DNA of 64,000 nt from Escherichia phage UPWr_E4, in the sequence record PP418987.1. One strand, written 5' to 3'. The position numbers and the translations under genes are program-made. Positions 32,515-42,547 of the stretch are shown here, one piece after another; position 1 is the stretch's first letter, and each line of letters starts with the position of its first letter. The notes under the pieces are model-generated. The model was given only the letters and a program-made list of their open reading frames with translations. It did no database searches and was not told the origin of the DNA.

Positions 32515-33974
32515 TTCTTAAAATTCTGAACGAAATAGCATCTATTGGTTCAACTAAGCAGAAGCAAGCAATTCTTGAAAAGAATAAAGATAATGAATTG
32601 CTTAAACGAGTATATCGTCTGACTTATTCTCGTGGGTTACAGTATTATATCAAGAAATGGCCTAAACCTGGTATTGCTACCCAGAGTTTTGGAATGCTGA
32701 CTATTACCGATATGCTTGACTTCATTGAATTCACGTTAGCTACTCGGAAATTGACTGGAAATGCGGCAATTGAGGAATTAACTGGATATATTACTGACGG
32801 TAAAAAAGATGATGTTGAAGTTTTGCGTCGGGTGATGATGCGAGACCTTGAATGCGGTGCTTCAGTATCTATTGCAAACAAAGTTTGGCCAGGTTTAATT
32901 CCTGAACAACCTCAAATGCTTGCAAGTTCTTATGATGAAAAAGGCATTAATAAGAATATCAAATTTCCAGCCTTTGCCCAGTTAAAAGCTGATGGAGCTC
33001 GGTGTTTTGCTGAAGTTAGAGGTGATGAATTAGATGATGTTCGTCTTTTATCACGAGCTGGTAATGAATATCTAGGATTAGATCTTCTTAAGGAAGAGTT
33101 AATCAAAATGACTGCAGAAGCTCGCCAGATTCATCCAGAAGGTGTGTTAATTGATGGCGAATTGGTATACCATGAGCAAGTTGAAAAGGAGCCAGAAGGC
33201 CTAGATTTTCTTTTTGATGCTTATCCTGAAATTAGTAAAGCTAAAGAATTCGCCGAAGTAGCTGAATCACGTACTGCATCTAATGGCATCGCCAATAAAT
33301 CTTTAAAGGGAACCATTTCTGAAAAAGAAGCTCAATGCATGAAGTTTCAGGTCTGGGATTATGTCCCGTTGGTAGAAATATACGGTCTTCCTGCATTTCG
33401 TTTGAAATATGATGTACGTTTTTCTAAACTAGAACAAATGACATCAGGCTATGATAAAGTAATTTTAATTGAAAACCAGGTAGTAAATAACCTAGACGAA
33501 GCCAAGGTAATTTATAAAAAGTATATTGACCAAGGTCTTGAAGGTATTATTCTCAAAAATATCGATGGATTATGGGAAAATGCTCGTTCAAAAAATCTCT
33601 ATAAATTTAAAGAAGTAATTGATGTTGATTTAAAAATTGTAGGAATTTATCCTCACCGTAAAGACCCTACTAAAGCAGGTGGATTTATTCTTGAGTCAGA
33701 GTGTGGAAAAATTAAAGTAAATGCTGGTTCAGGCTTAAAAGATAAAGCCGGTGTAAAATCGCATGAACTTGACCGTACTCGCATTATGGAAAACCAAAAT
33801 TATTATATTGGAAAAATTCTAGAGTGCGAATGCAACGGTTGGTTAAAATCTGATGGCCGCACTGATTACGTTAAATTATTTCTTCCGATTGCGATTCGTT
33901 TGCGTGAAGATAAAACTAAAGCTAATACATTCGAGGATGTATTTGGTGATTTTCATGAGGTAACTGGTTTATGA
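32511..33974 (+). CDS. 30: ATP-dependent DNA ligase
   Basis: 487 aa; adenylation motif KADGAR; recognised as T4 DNA ligase. Confidence 0.95.
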   Translation: MILKILNEIASIGSTKQKQAILEKNKDNELLKRVYRLTYSRGLQYYIKKWPKPGIATQSFGMLTITDMLDFIEFTLATRKLTGNAAIEELTGYITDGKKDDVEVLRRVMMRDLECGASVSIANKVWPGLIPEQPQMLASSYDEKGINKNIKFPAFAQLKADGARCFAEVRGDELDDVRLLSRAGNEYLGLDLLKEELIKMTAEARQIHPEGVLIDGELVYHEQVEKEPEGLDFLFDAYPEISKAKEFAEVAESRTASNGIANKSLKGTISEKEAQCMKFQVWDYVPLVEIYGLPAFRLKYDVRFSKLEQMTSGYDKVILIENQVVNNLDEAKVIYKKYIDQGLEGIILKNIDGLWENARSKNLYKFKEVIDVDLKIVGIYPHRKDPTKAGGFILESECGKIKVNAGSGLKDKAGVKSHELDRTRIMENQNYYIGKILECECNGWLKSDGRTDYVKLFLPIAIRLREDKTKANTFEDVFGDFHEVTGL

Positions 33975-34159
33975 AAGCTTACTTAGAAACAATTGTCATT
34001 GCTCAAAAAGAAGGTGGAGATGTTTCTACTTCTGTATCACAAGTCATTCTCGAATTTGTAGATGCATACGCTTATAATAAATTCACAGAAACATTTGATG
34101 CCTATGAAAAAGGTCCAAAGTTTGAAATATACCGTACTCTCTTACCACTAGATTATTAA
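33971..34159 (+). CDS. small protein, function unknown
   Basis: 62 aa ORF overlapping the ligase stop; followed by an aaaggcc-ttcg-ggccttt hairpin. Confidence 0.45.
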   Translation: MKAYLETIVIAQKEGGDVSTSVSQVILEFVDAYAYNKFTETFDAYEKGPKFEIYRTLLPLDY

Positions 34160-34180
34160 AGGCCTTCGGGCCTTTAATTT

Positions 34181-34188
34181 TATAAATA
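34181..34188 (+). promoter_or_regulatory. late promoter (TATAAATA) upstream of alt
   Basis: Exact TATAAATA about 20 nt upstream of the alt ATG, downstream of a hairpin. Confidence 0.5.
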
Positions 34189-34208
34189 GAATAAACACTA
34201 GAGAGGCT

Positions 34209-36266
34209 ATGATGGAACTTATTACAGAATTATTTGACGAAGATACTACTCTTCCGATTACAAACTTAAATCCAAAGAAGAAAATACCGCAAATTTTTTC
34301 AGTTCATGTTGATGATGCAATTGAACAACCAGGCTTTCGTTTATGTACCTATACATCTGGAGGTGATACTAATCGCGATTTAAAGATGGGCGATAAAATG
34401 ATGCATATTGTTCCTTTTACATTAACTGCTAAAGGTTCAATTGCTAAATTAAAAGGTCTTGGTCCAAGCCCAATTAATTATATCAATTCAGTTTTTACTG
34501 TTGCGATGCAAACAATGCGTCAGTATAAAATTGATGCCTGTATGCTTCGTATTCTTAAGTCTAAAACCGCTGGTCAAGCTCGACAAATTCAAGTTATTGC
34601 TGATAGACTTATCCGTAGTCGTTCAGGTGGCAGATACGTCCTTCTTAAGGAACTCTGGGATTACGATAAAAAGTATGCATATATTCTTATACATCGCAAA
34701 AATGTATCACTAGAAGACATTCCGGGAGTTCCGGAAATTAGTACTGAGCTCTTTACTAAAGTTGAATCGAAGGTCGGTGATGTTTATATCAATAAAGATA
34801 CTGGAGCTCAAGTAACTAAAAATGAGGCAATTGCAGCATCTATTGCGCAAGAAAATGATAAACGTTCTGACCAAGCTGTAATCGTTAAAGTTAAAATTTC
34901 CCGTAGAGCAATTGCGCAAAGTCAATCATTGGAATCTTCTAGATTTGAAACGCCGATGTTTCAAAAATTTGAGGCTTCAGCAGCAGAATTAAATAAACCT
35001 GCTGACGCTCCTTTAATTTCTGACGCTAATGAATTAACTGTTATTTCTACTTCAGGATTTGCATTAGAGAATGCTCTTAGTAGTGTTACAGCTGGAATGG
35101 CATTCAGAGAAGCTTCTATAATTCCTGAAGATAAAGAATCTGATGTTAATGCAGAAATAAAAAATAAAGCTTTAGAAAGATTACGAAAAGAATCTATTAC
35201 TTCAATAAAAACTTTAGAAACTATTGCTTCTATAGTTGATGATACTTTAGAAAAATATAAAGGTGCTTGGTTAGAAAGAAACATTAACAAGCATTCGCAT
35301 TTAAATCAAGATGCTGCGAATGAGTTAGTACAAAATTCTTGGAATGCAATAAAAACAAAGATTATTCGAAGAGAATTGCGTGGATATGCTCTTACCGCTG
35401 GATGGTCACTACATCCTATAGTCGAAAATAAAGATTCATCTAAATACACACCGGCACAAAAACGCGGAATTCGTGAATACGTAAGTTCAGGATATGTAGA
35501 CATAAATAACGCTCTTTTGGGATTATATAATCCAGATGAGCGTACAAGTATTTTGACAGCATCTGATATAGAAAAAGCTATTGATAATTTAGATTCTGCC
35601 TTTAAAAATGGTGAACGATTACCAAAAGGTATTACTTTGTATCGTTCACAACGAATGTTACCTTCAATATATGAAGCACTGGTAAAAAATCGAGTTTTTT
35701 ATTTTAGAAATTTTGTGTCAACATCATTATATCCAAATATTTTTGGTACCTGGATGACTGATTCATCTGTGGGTGTTTTACCAGACGAAAAGCGTTTAAG
35801 TGTTTCTATTGATAAAACTGATGAAGGACTAGTAAATTCTAGCGATAATTTAGTTGGAATTGGATGGGTTATTACTGGGGCTGATAAAGTCAATGTTGTT
35901 TTACCAGGTGGAAGTTTAGCACCTTCAAATGAAATGGAAGTCATTTTGCCACGTGGATTAATGGTCAAAGTTAATAAAATAACCGATGCATCTTACAATG
36001 ATGGAACAGTTAAAACTAACAACAAGCTTATTCAAGCTGAAGTTATGACCACAGAAGAACTCACCGAATCGGTAATTTATGACGGTGACCGTCTAATGGA
36101 AACCGGCGAAGTAGTTACAATGACAGGTGATATTGAAATAGAAGACAGAGTTGATTTTGCATCATTTGTTTCATCAAATGTTAAACAGAAAGTAGAATCA
36201 TCTCTTGGAATTATTGCGTCTTGTATAGATATTGCAAACATGCCTTACAAGTTCGTTCAAGGATAA
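34209..36266 (+). CDS. alt: Alt ADP-ribosyltransferase (head-packaged), copy A
   Basis: About 685 aa; MELITELFDEDTTLPITNLNP...; ADP-ribosyltransferase R-S-E signature (LYRSQ, FVSTSL, EVILPRG). Confidence 0.85.
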   Translation: MMELITELFDEDTTLPITNLNPKKKIPQIFSVHVDDAIEQPGFRLCTYTSGGDTNRDLKMGDKMMHIVPFTLTAKGSIAKLKGLGPSPINYINSVFTVAMQTMRQYKIDACMLRILKSKTAGQARQIQVIADRLIRSRSGGRYVLLKELWDYDKKYAYILIHRKNVSLEDIPGVPEISTELFTKVESKVGDVYINKDTGAQVTKNEAIAASIAQENDKRSDQAVIVKVKISRRAIAQSQSLESSRFETPMFQKFEASAAELNKPADAPLISDANELTVISTSGFALENALSSVTAGMAFREASIIPEDKESDVNAEIKNKALERLRKESITSIKTLETIASIVDDTLEKYKGAWLERNINKHSHLNQDAANELVQNSWNAIKTKIIRRELRGYALTAGWSLHPIVENKDSSKYTPAQKRGIREYVSSGYVDINNALLGLYNPDERTSILTASDIEKAIDNLDSAFKNGERLPKGITLYRSQRMLPSIYEALVKNRVFYFRNFVSTSLYPNIFGTWMTDSSVGVLPDEKRLSVSIDKTDEGLVNSSDNLVGIGWVITGADKVNVVLPGGSLAPSNEMEVILPRGLMVKVNKITDASYNDGTVKTNNKLIQAEVMTTEELTESVIYDGDRLMETGEVVTMTGDIEIEDRVDFASFVSSNVKQKVESSLGIIASCIDIANMPYKFVQG

Positions 36267-36269
36267 ATC

Positions 36270-38327
36270 ATGGAACTTATTACAGAATTATTTGACGGCG
36301 CTTCGGCGCCGGTTGTTAACTTAAATCCTAAGCATAAAATACCACAAATTTTTGCTATTCAAGCCGGCGAAGAAAGCGTGCTTCCTGGATTTAGATTTTG
36401 TACATACACCTCTGGTGGTGATACGAATAAAAACGTTAAGCCAGGCGATAAAATGATGCATATCGTAATGATAGGTGTTAATGAGAAACTATCATTAGTT
36501 AAGCTTAAAAACTTGGGTGGAAATCCAATTGGTGTCATTAATGCCGTTTTTGATACTGCTCTTCAAACAATGAAACAGTATAAAATCGACGCATGCCTAT
36601 TCCGCGTACTAAAAAGTAAAACAAATGGCGCAGCTCGTCAAATGCAAGTTATTGCTGACCGTTTAGTACGTACTAAAGGAGCAGGTCGATATGTTCTTTT
36701 AAAGGAAATCTGGGACTATGATAAGAAATATGCATATATTATGGTTTACCGTAAAAATGCCAATTTAGAAGACATTCCAGGTGTACCTCCTATTTCAACT
36801 GAGTTATTCACAAAAGTTGAATCAAAGGTCGGTGATGTTTATGTAGACGTTAAAACAGGAAATGCTGTTCCTAAAGCTGTCGCTGTTGCTGCTTCTATTG
36901 CTTTAGAAAATGATAAGCGCACGGACCAAGCTGTTATTCAGAAAACTAAAATCAGTCGTCGATTAGCAGCACAAGCTCAATATTCTACTGTTGATGCTTC
37001 ACTTCAGGGTGATAGCTTTGCTGCCAAGAAATATCAAGAGTTTGAATCTAAAGTTCCGGTATATAAAGCAGAAGGACCAATGAACTCTGGCGTTATCCAG
37101 ATTGGTTCAAACTTCAGCAAAGGAGCTATCGGTGGTATGAGAAGTGCTTCTCGTTTTAAATCTAGCGATTATGAACTAGAAAGCTTCCGAAATCATATTG
37201 CATTGGCCCATGCACGTTTACGTGATCCATCTATCAAGTTGCAGAGCGATATAACATATCAAGGTTCTCAAGAATATTTAAAGAATAAAGAATTCTTTGA
37301 TTATAAAACTGATAAAATTTTAAGCGATCTTGCTGACATTAATATTTCTAATAGCTTTGATGTTATTAAGAAAATTATCAATGATTTGGTTAAAGGTTCT
37401 AAAGCCACGCCAGATGAAAAGACAGCTATTATTCAATTTGTAATGAATGGCATTTATAAATTGATTAATGAATCTGCTGCCCAGGCATATGAATACGCAA
37501 GCACCGAAGTAGCTCCAAAAGGACTGACTCAGGCTGAATCTGATGTAATTGAAGATTATTGTGCAGATTCATATGTTGAAATGAACTCGTTCCTTTTGGG
37601 TAAACCAGATTCTACCCGTGAAGAATACATGGAACGAGCTATTAAGCACATCGAGACGTTAGATTCTGCCTTTGCCAAAGGATCAGTTCTTCCTCCAGGA
37701 ACTACACTTTACCGTGGGCAAGAAGTTACCTTTAAAACTTTGCGTCATAACATTGAAAATAAAATGTTCTATTTCAAGAACTTCGTATCCACATCGCTTA
37801 AACCAAATATCTTCGGTGAGCATGGTAAAAACTATATGGCTCTAGATGATTCTGGCGCAGTATTTTCTGGCGAAGGAGAAGGTTCCGTTGATACAGAAGA
37901 TTTGATGCATATGGGTAGTCATTCTACATATGCTAATGAAGATGCTGAAACTAGCGTGGGTATGGTAATTAAAGGAGCTGAGCGAATCAAAGTTATCGTT
38001 CCAGGTCATTTATCAGGATTTCCATCAGAAGCTGAAGTTATTCTACCACGTGGAATTTTACTGAAGATTAATAAAGTAAGTACGTACTTTATGAAAGAAA
38101 CTGCTTATAACAAGTATCTAATCGAAGGTACAATCGTTCCTCCTTCTGAACAATTAGAAGAATCAGTATATGATGGAGACCATCTAATGGAAACTGGTGA
38201 AGTTCGTCCAATGGCTGGATTTAATCAATTCCTTGTAGAAGAATCAAAAGAAGAGGAAAATGAAGTTTCTCAAATCTTGGCTTCTTTGGTTAACATCAAC
38301 GGAATGTCTAAAAAGTTCAAAATGTAG
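36270..38327 (+). CDS. Alt-family ADP-ribosyltransferase paralog, copy B
   Basis: 685 aa; same N-terminus MELITELFD, roughly 60-65 percent identical to copy A over the first ~230 aa by eye, divergent middle, conserved R-S-E signature (LYRGQ, FVSTSL, EVILPRG). Confidence 0.8.
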   Translation: MELITELFDGASAPVVNLNPKHKIPQIFAIQAGEESVLPGFRFCTYTSGGDTNKNVKPGDKMMHIVMIGVNEKLSLVKLKNLGGNPIGVINAVFDTALQTMKQYKIDACLFRVLKSKTNGAARQMQVIADRLVRTKGAGRYVLLKEIWDYDKKYAYIMVYRKNANLEDIPGVPPISTELFTKVESKVGDVYVDVKTGNAVPKAVAVAASIALENDKRTDQAVIQKTKISRRLAAQAQYSTVDASLQGDSFAAKKYQEFESKVPVYKAEGPMNSGVIQIGSNFSKGAIGGMRSASRFKSSDYELESFRNHIALAHARLRDPSIKLQSDITYQGSQEYLKNKEFFDYKTDKILSDLADINISNSFDVIKKIINDLVKGSKATPDEKTAIIQFVMNGIYKLINESAAQAYEYASTEVAPKGLTQAESDVIEDYCADSYVEMNSFLLGKPDSTREEYMERAIKHIETLDSAFAKGSVLPPGTTLYRGQEVTFKTLRHNIENKMFYFKNFVSTSLKPNIFGEHGKNYMALDDSGAVFSGEGEGSVDTEDLMHMGSHSTYANEDAETSVGMVIKGAERIKVIVPGHLSGFPSEAEVILPRGILLKINKVSTYFMKETAYNKYLIEGTIVPPSEQLEESVYDGDHLMETGEVRPMAGFNQFLVEESKEEENEVSQILASLVNINGMSKKFKM

Positions 38328-38380
38328 TTTACAAGTCCCTCGTGTTGTGTTATAGTAGTCTTACTGACATAACATGAGGA
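38327..38380 (+). promoter_or_regulatory. 54 bp promoter/stop/RBS cassette, copy 2 (identical to 22372-22425)
   Basis: Exact 54/54 match to the cassette upstream of alc. Confidence 0.6.
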
Positions 38381-38387
38381 ACACAAA

Positions 38388-38678
38388 ATGAAATCTTCTT
38401 TGCGCTTTTTAGGTCAAGAACTTGTAGTTGAAGGAGTTATTCCTGCTGATAATGCTTTTAATGAAGCAGTTTACGATGAATTTATCAAAATTTTTGGAAC
38501 AGATAAAAAGTTCGGAATTTTTCCTTCTGAAAATTTTTCAAAGCCAGAACAGACTGAAAGTATTTTCCAAGGTGTAGTAACAGGTAAATTTGAGTCAGAA
38601 GCTCCGGTAAAAATTGAAGTTTATATTGAAGACAGTTTAGTTGCTTCAGTTTCTGCTTTCATTTCATTCCGTAAATAA
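38388..38678 (+). CDS. protein of unknown function (96 aa) expressed from the duplicated cassette
   Basis: ORF with GAGGA RBS 7 nt upstream; last plus-strand gene before the convergent gene 54. Confidence 0.55.
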   Translation: MKSSLRFLGQELVVEGVIPADNAFNEAVYDEFIKIFGTDKKFGIFPSENFSKPEQTESIFQGVVTGKFESEAPVKIEVYIEDSLVASVSAFISFRK

Positions 38679-38683
38679 AAATA

Positions 38684-38703
38684 TGGGGACCAAAAGGTCC
38701 CCA
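38684..38703. terminator. bidirectional hairpin between convergent transcription units
   Basis: tggggacc-aaaa-ggtcccca between the 96 aa ORF (+) and gene 54 (-). Confidence 0.55.
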
Positions 38704-38706
38704 TTG

Positions 38707-39672
38707 TTATATTGCTCCTAATATTTTACTCTGCGAATTGACAATTCCTGTCATAGTATTAATATTTGAAATGCTTCCTGCAGTTCCCCCTAATCTACTA
38801 AGTCGTGAAAGCGAATTAGATAGTCCAGTAACACCTCCACTATTTCCTAGAACGCTTTGAATACCATTTATAGTAGCAGATTCAAGCCATTCAAGGGCAG
38901 CTTGTCTATCAACTGCTCCAGCCTGCATCACTCTATACGCAAAAGTAACATCAAATGTAGTTATTTGGTTATCTCCATCATATGATAACTCAGGAGCGCT
39001 TACGGACACTGGAATGCATCCAGTGAACATCACCGCAGTATGTGGTAATCCATTGCGAGAATGAAGATTAACCTGAATATCTGCCTCGACATCTTGCGGC
39101 AAAGCACGCAATCCAGTTACTGGGTCTTGAACAGCGTTAACCCAGTCTTGCATTGCACGATAGTTACAAGCTTCTGAATCCATTCTGAATGAAATAACCA
39201 AAGGGTCTAATTCTCTCCCAGTTATACGAATATTAGGAGAATTATAGTTCCAGTCAGTTTCATAGGATAATCTATTCTCTGGCATTTTTACAGAGTATAT
39301 CATCAATCCAGATGAGTTATATGCCACGTTAAAGAAGTCAATTAAATATGTACCAACTGTAAATGAGCCTAATAAACTTTGAACTGTACGTTGACTCATG
39401 GCACCAATAAGATATTTACTAACCCCTGATTTTCTTATCAGTTTTTGTGTGCCAGCTGTAATTAGCGTAGTAATTCCCTGATTAATATCGCCTTGAGTTA
39501 ATCCTAACCAATCTGAATTTAGGCCCAAGTTATTATAAGAAAAGTTGCTAATTGAACTTATCAACGAAGAGCTTTTAGTTGATGGAGTTGTAGCAAAAAC
39601 ACAGCTGAACATATTATTACGTTGGAAATCTGCGTTTATTGCTTGATTATTAAATTCCTCTAAAGAATACAT
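38707..39672 (-). CDS. 54: baseplate tail tube initiator gp54
   Basis: 321 aa; size and position as T4 gp54. Confidence 0.85.
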   Translation of the reverse strand: MYSLEEFNNQAINADFQRNNMFSCVFATTPSTKSSSLISSISNFSYNNLGLNSDWLGLTQGDINQGITTLITAGTQKLIRKSGVSKYLIGAMSQRTVQSLLGSFTVGTYLIDFFNVAYNSSGLMIYSVKMPENRLSYETDWNYNSPNIRITGRELDPLVISFRMDSEACNYRAMQDWVNAVQDPVTGLRALPQDVEADIQVNLHSRNGLPHTAVMFTGCIPVSVSAPELSYDGDNQITTFDVTFAYRVMQAGAVDRQAALEWLESATINGIQSVLGNSGGVTGLSNSLSRLSRLGGTAGSISNINTMTGIVNSQSKILGAI

Positions 39673-40766
39673 TAAAAAGTCCCCGCATATAAAGAAGCAC
39701 GGTTTAACGTGATAATTTCTCTCATAGTAATCTCGAGAGTAAATGTACTAGGGAGATTTGGAGCAATAGCTAATCCGTTAAAGTTACCATTAGGTGTTTT
39801 ATCAAATCTGATACTCTGGATTTGACATGGACCGAATATTTCCGTTTTTCCATCAAACTTAGATGTTGCACCAAAGTTTTTCACCATCCAAATTGTCGGG
39901 TTTGAAACTACAAGAACGTTAGTTAAACTCGATGTCATTTTCTCAAATAACGTCTTATTTTTAACTGCATCTTCTGGAGTTAACGGCTCAATAAAAGTAG
40001 AACGGTACCACTCATCTAAATATCCTTTTATTTCAGCAGCATATTGAGATTTACCAGTTTCACCGTAAGAAAAATAGTTAAAATACTGATAGATATTAAT
40101 AATAGCCATTAAATCTTCTGTTGAGCGCGGAGTCAAATCCCAAGTGAACACTTTAGTTCTATTTTCAGCACCGCCGTACATGCTTCTGGCTGTCGTATAA
40201 ATCTGTTCATTATTATCAGCCATTATACCTTGTGTTATACTTTCCAGCGCTCCAAATACTGCGGTTGAAGCCATATTGCTTAGCACACCAGTAGCAGTAC
40301 CTCCACCTTTTGTAATAAGACTATCTTGAACATCATTAAATCTATGTGATGACGTATCGACGTCAGATTTAGATCTAGGTAAAAGAATATTTGCAACAGG
40401 AACTTTACTTATTGTTCCTGAATTATTATCTGATATTAGTCCATTTGATAGTTTTGATACTGTATTACTGATAGTGTTTCTGGCTGTACGTAAAATACTC
40501 GAAGATGAAGAAGAGTAGTTAGATCTCATCGTTCTAAGACTTCCAGAATCCCTAGATGACATATTGTATGCAGTAAATAATAATCCATTCTTATATAGAT
40601 CTGTTACCTGGAAGTCCCCTGTAGTGTCATTACCACTAGCACGCCCAGTTGGAAACTGGGCTGTGTATGTTTTAGTTCCTACTTCTGATTTAGTACTCTG
40701 TCCGGCTGAAATTGTTTCACCGGACTTTTTAATTAAATCAGCAGTTATTTCTTTAACAATTGCCAT
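39672..40766 (-). CDS. 48: baseplate tail tube cap gp48
   Basis: 364 aa, same length as T4 gp48; synteny. Confidence 0.85.
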   Translation of the reverse strand: MAIVKEITADLIKKSGETISAGQSTKSEVGTKTYTAQFPTGRASGNDTTGDFQVTDLYKNGLLFTAYNMSSRDSGSLRTMRSNYSSSSSSILRTARNTISNTVSKLSNGLISDNNSGTISKVPVANILLPRSKSDVDTSSHRFNDVQDSLITKGGGTATGVLSNMASTAVFGALESITQGIMADNNEQIYTTARSMYGGAENRTKVFTWDLTPRSTEDLMAIINIYQYFNYFSYGETGKSQYAAEIKGYLDEWYRSTFIEPLTPEDAVKNKTLFEKMTSSLTNVLVVSNPTIWMVKNFGATSKFDGKTEIFGPCQIQSIRFDKTPNGNFNGLAIAPNLPSTFTLEITMREIITLNRASLYAGTF

Positions 40767-40774
40767 ATTATTCC

Positions 40775-42547
40775 TTAATTAACTCCCGTCGCACCAAATA
40801 CACCAGGAGCAGTTGTGCTTGTGACAGGTGTCATATTATGAACGACAGTATTTTTCTTAATAACATTATTAGTATTATTGATTGAAGGAGATGCTTGTTG
40901 AACAGGAGCTTGTTGTGCTTTGTTCTTTTCAATCACCTGGACCTGTTTTGCTTCTGGTGATTTAGCAGAAGTTTCAGGTTTTGCTTCAGGTTGATTTTTC
41001 TTGAGCTCTTGATAAGTGGCATCAATTTTAGCAAATCTAGAAGCAAGTTCTTTTTTAACTGCTGGTGAATTATTTAAATCCGGATCATTCATTCGTTTTT
41101 TAAGGTCTTCATGAGCAGCTTCAATTGATTTAACTGTCGAGTCTTTGCTCATATCAGCTGAATCAGCGTATTTTTCAAAACGAATCATCGCAGCACGAGC
41201 TTCATTAGCTTTCATTAAAGCATTTTTTCTTTCTTCCGGTGAAAGTTGTTTTAATTTTTCTTCTTCTGCTGCACGTTCTTCGTCAGTAGTCAATGCTTCT
41301 TTATTATCTACACCACGAATCCAGTTAGATGCACGAGTTTTCCAGTTCGCAATTTTGTCTAATCCTTTTGCTATTGGGCCAAGATCATCATTCATTCGTT
41401 TATCTTGATAATTTGCTACTTTTTCTTGGTCTTCTTTATTAAGAGATGCTCCAGTAGAATTTTGGAAATTTTCTAATGCTCTTCCTTCTACTTCATCAGC
41501 AGTATCCTTCATGCCAGGAATGACTCGAAGAATTGCTGCAGATAATTTAGCCATACCTAATTGAATAAGCTCTCCTAAATTATAAAGAACACTTCCAAGC
41601 CCTTCAACAATAGCTACTGTTAATCCGCCCCAATCTCCAGCTTCCCAGAACTTTTTAATTTCATCAATAGATTCAAAGATGCTTTGTAATAAAGGGCCCC
41701 AAGTTCCTGTTTCGCTTGAGAAAGTTTTAAAATCAGTGCTAAATAAATCCCAGGCTTTTGAAAATTTATCTGACCAGTATTTAAAATGAACCATCAGCAG
41801 GTCTATTCCAATAACAACAGCCATTATCAATGCAACCATTTTAGCAGCTTCAATAGCAGCACTGACGGTATACTTAAATAGCATGCTAGATATTTTATCA
41901 GTAATTGAAATAGATTTCTTAAATCCGAAATCAACTGTCTTTGTTAATTTATCTAAAGCTTGAGATAATTTTAAGTTAAATGCGTCTCTTTTTTGCTTCT
42001 CTTCTGGAGACTCTTGTTTTGGTTCAATTGGCTGAGGAGTAGGGAAAAAATCAGCATCAGGATCATTATTAACTGCTTCAGGAGCCGGTAATAAAGGACC
42101 CACAGATTCAGCTGTATCATCCTCGACGACTTTAACAGGAATAGCATTTTCTACTACTGCTAAACTCGTTCCAGTCTGTTGAATTCCAGCTGTTTGAATT
42201 TTTTGTTCTAATAAACTCGTTAATTTATCTAATTTGCTTCCGAGTGATTCGCCTATTTCTTTATTGATATTATTGCCAATTTCAACAGTCTCGGCAATTA
42301 ACTCAGAACCGGCAGTAGTATCACTTACTGCGCTTTCAACGTTATCAATTGCTCCAACTATTTCATTTGATTTTTCTTCAACAGTCTGAGCTATTAATTC
42401 AGAGGCAGCTTGAGCATCATCTAATTTTGTAGAAATGTCATTAAGACCAGATAAAGTATTAGAAGCGGATTTAGCCGCTTCCTGTGTTGGTTTATTATCT
42501 GAAATAACTTTTCTACGCATCGTTTGCATTTCTTGTGGCTTTTTCAT
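40775..42547 (-). CDS. 29: tail length tape measure protein gp29
   Basis: 590 aa, same length as T4 gp29; synteny. Confidence 0.85.
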   Translation of the reverse strand: MKKPQEMQTMRRKVISDNKPTQEAAKSASNTLSGLNDISTKLDDAQAASELIAQTVEEKSNEIVGAIDNVESAVSDTTAGSELIAETVEIGNNINKEIGESLGSKLDKLTSLLEQKIQTAGIQQTGTSLAVVENAIPVKVVEDDTAESVGPLLPAPEAVNNDPDADFFPTPQPIEPKQESPEEKQKRDAFNLKLSQALDKLTKTVDFGFKKSISITDKISSMLFKYTVSAAIEAAKMVALIMAVVIGIDLLMVHFKYWSDKFSKAWDLFSTDFKTFSSETGTWGPLLQSIFESIDEIKKFWEAGDWGGLTVAIVEGLGSVLYNLGELIQLGMAKLSAAILRVIPGMKDTADEVEGRALENFQNSTGASLNKEDQEKVANYQDKRMNDDLGPIAKGLDKIANWKTRASNWIRGVDNKEALTTDEERAAEEEKLKQLSPEERKNALMKANEARAAMIRFEKYADSADMSKDSTVKSIEAAHEDLKKRMNDPDLNNSPAVKKELASRFAKIDATYQELKKNQPEAKPETSAKSPEAKQVQVIEKNKAQQAPVQQASPSINNTNNVIKKNTVVHNMTPVTSTTAPGVFGATGVN

